A DNA stretch of 64,000 nucleotides from Phoronis australis (taxonomy: Eukaryota > Animalia > Phoronida), in assembly GCA_002633005.1 (NCBI GenBank), contig NMRA01000255.1, positions 166,062-230,061 of the forward strand. The letters run 5' to 3'. A program made the position numbers and the translations under genes. The notes beneath the pieces are model-generated. The model searched no databases. It worked only from the letters and a program-made list of their open reading frames with translations, and was not told where the DNA came from. Shown here piece after piece: positions 63,101 to 64,000 of this stretch. Each line of letters starts with the position of its first letter. The stretch's first letter is position 1.

Positions 63101-64000
63101 CAATTTACGTGTTAATTCAGAGCTCATCAATGGCACAATACGTAACGCACCTGTCGACAGTAAACAGGTCACAAATTGAAAGATTGAGTTTTATGACACC
63201 ATAAATAAAAATAAGCTTGATTATTCTTCTGTCCGTTTAATGTGATTCGGTGATCTATCAAATCACGGGATGCTCTGTCTAACCAAACTCGAGGAAATGT
63301 TACCGCTTCGGTCATGTGAAAAATGGGAACTAAAAAAAATGAATAATGTGTAATAACCAATTAAATTTCAATCGGTATAGTTAAAATAAACCTTTTTATC
63401 ACCTAGAAGTTCAAATTATTGATTGTGATTTGAAAAAAATCACAACTTGCATACAGTCGTACTTAAACTCTAAAGTGTTTTACTCATTTTATATCTGAGT
63501 CACGTGGTTTGCAGTTTTTATCAGAAAAATATCTCGAGATTGCGAATTCAATTACTGTTCAGAGAATGAGAGTGCGAGCACAGCTAGATGGGGAATTAAC
63601 GGCTTCGATTTCCCGAGTTCGATTTATTTTGGAATGCCAATCAAATTGTCCATCATTTGCGGTATTAGTATTTGCATACGTATGAATTGAGTTGGCGTAC
63701 AATGAAAGGCTTTTCGATTGAAGTTGGTCGCAATTCAAGAAACTCTGTTTTGAGACCGACATGATGGGCGGCCATTATATAGTTGTGAAAAACCGAACGA
63801 TATTGGTAAAGTACGCGCGCCGTTTAGTGAAAGCTGTCGCACACTGCTTGCAGCATTGAAGAGGGGCAACGGGAGAAAGCGAAGGCAGAACTGATAGACA
63901 ATAAATTACACATTTAGAAATTTTGTTGAATAAATACATTGTTTTCTGTTGCCCGAAAACGAGAAGTTTGAAATTGGATCAATTCAGTCGGCTTAGGCAG

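Noticed and set aside
57400-64000. Short ORFs upstream of sim as an additional gene
   Set aside because: They show no recognisable protein motifs or coherent exon chain. I treat this as non-coding regulatory or intergenic DNA, although small exons or a lncRNA cannot be excluded.

Overview
This is AT-rich animal genomic DNA, not prokaryotic; a marine invertebrate, possibly spiralian, is my inference and the species cannot be identified. Four spliced protein-coding genes were reconstructed by hand with GT-AG introns and consistent phases. (1) DDOST/OST48 (-, 11 exons, 438 aa). (2) A TTC17-like TPR protein with a signal peptide and one C-terminal TM helix (+, 3 exons, 369 aa), head-to-head with DDOST across about 0.86 kb. 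(3) NECAP (-, 7 exons, 277 aa). (4) single-minded/SIM bHLH-PAS (-, 9 coding exons, 702 aa), with a 13.5-kb first coding intron and about 8 kb of upstream DNA in which I found no gene. Introns and intergenic DNA hold many non-autonomous DNA-transposon relics (Harbinger-, Kolobok-, hAT- and Mutator-like), palindromes and dispersed repeats. The most notable observations are the membrane-anchored mini-TTC17 sharing a promoter with OST48, repeat-borne convergent CTCF-like motifs, a TGTCA-N4-TGACA minisatellite and an RFX/Su(H)/CME motif set in sim introns, a possible spliced uORF in sim, and an apparent CpG-density switch near 31 kb. No rRNA, tRNA or CRISPR array was seen. Most entries in the ORF track are spurious or fragments of exons.
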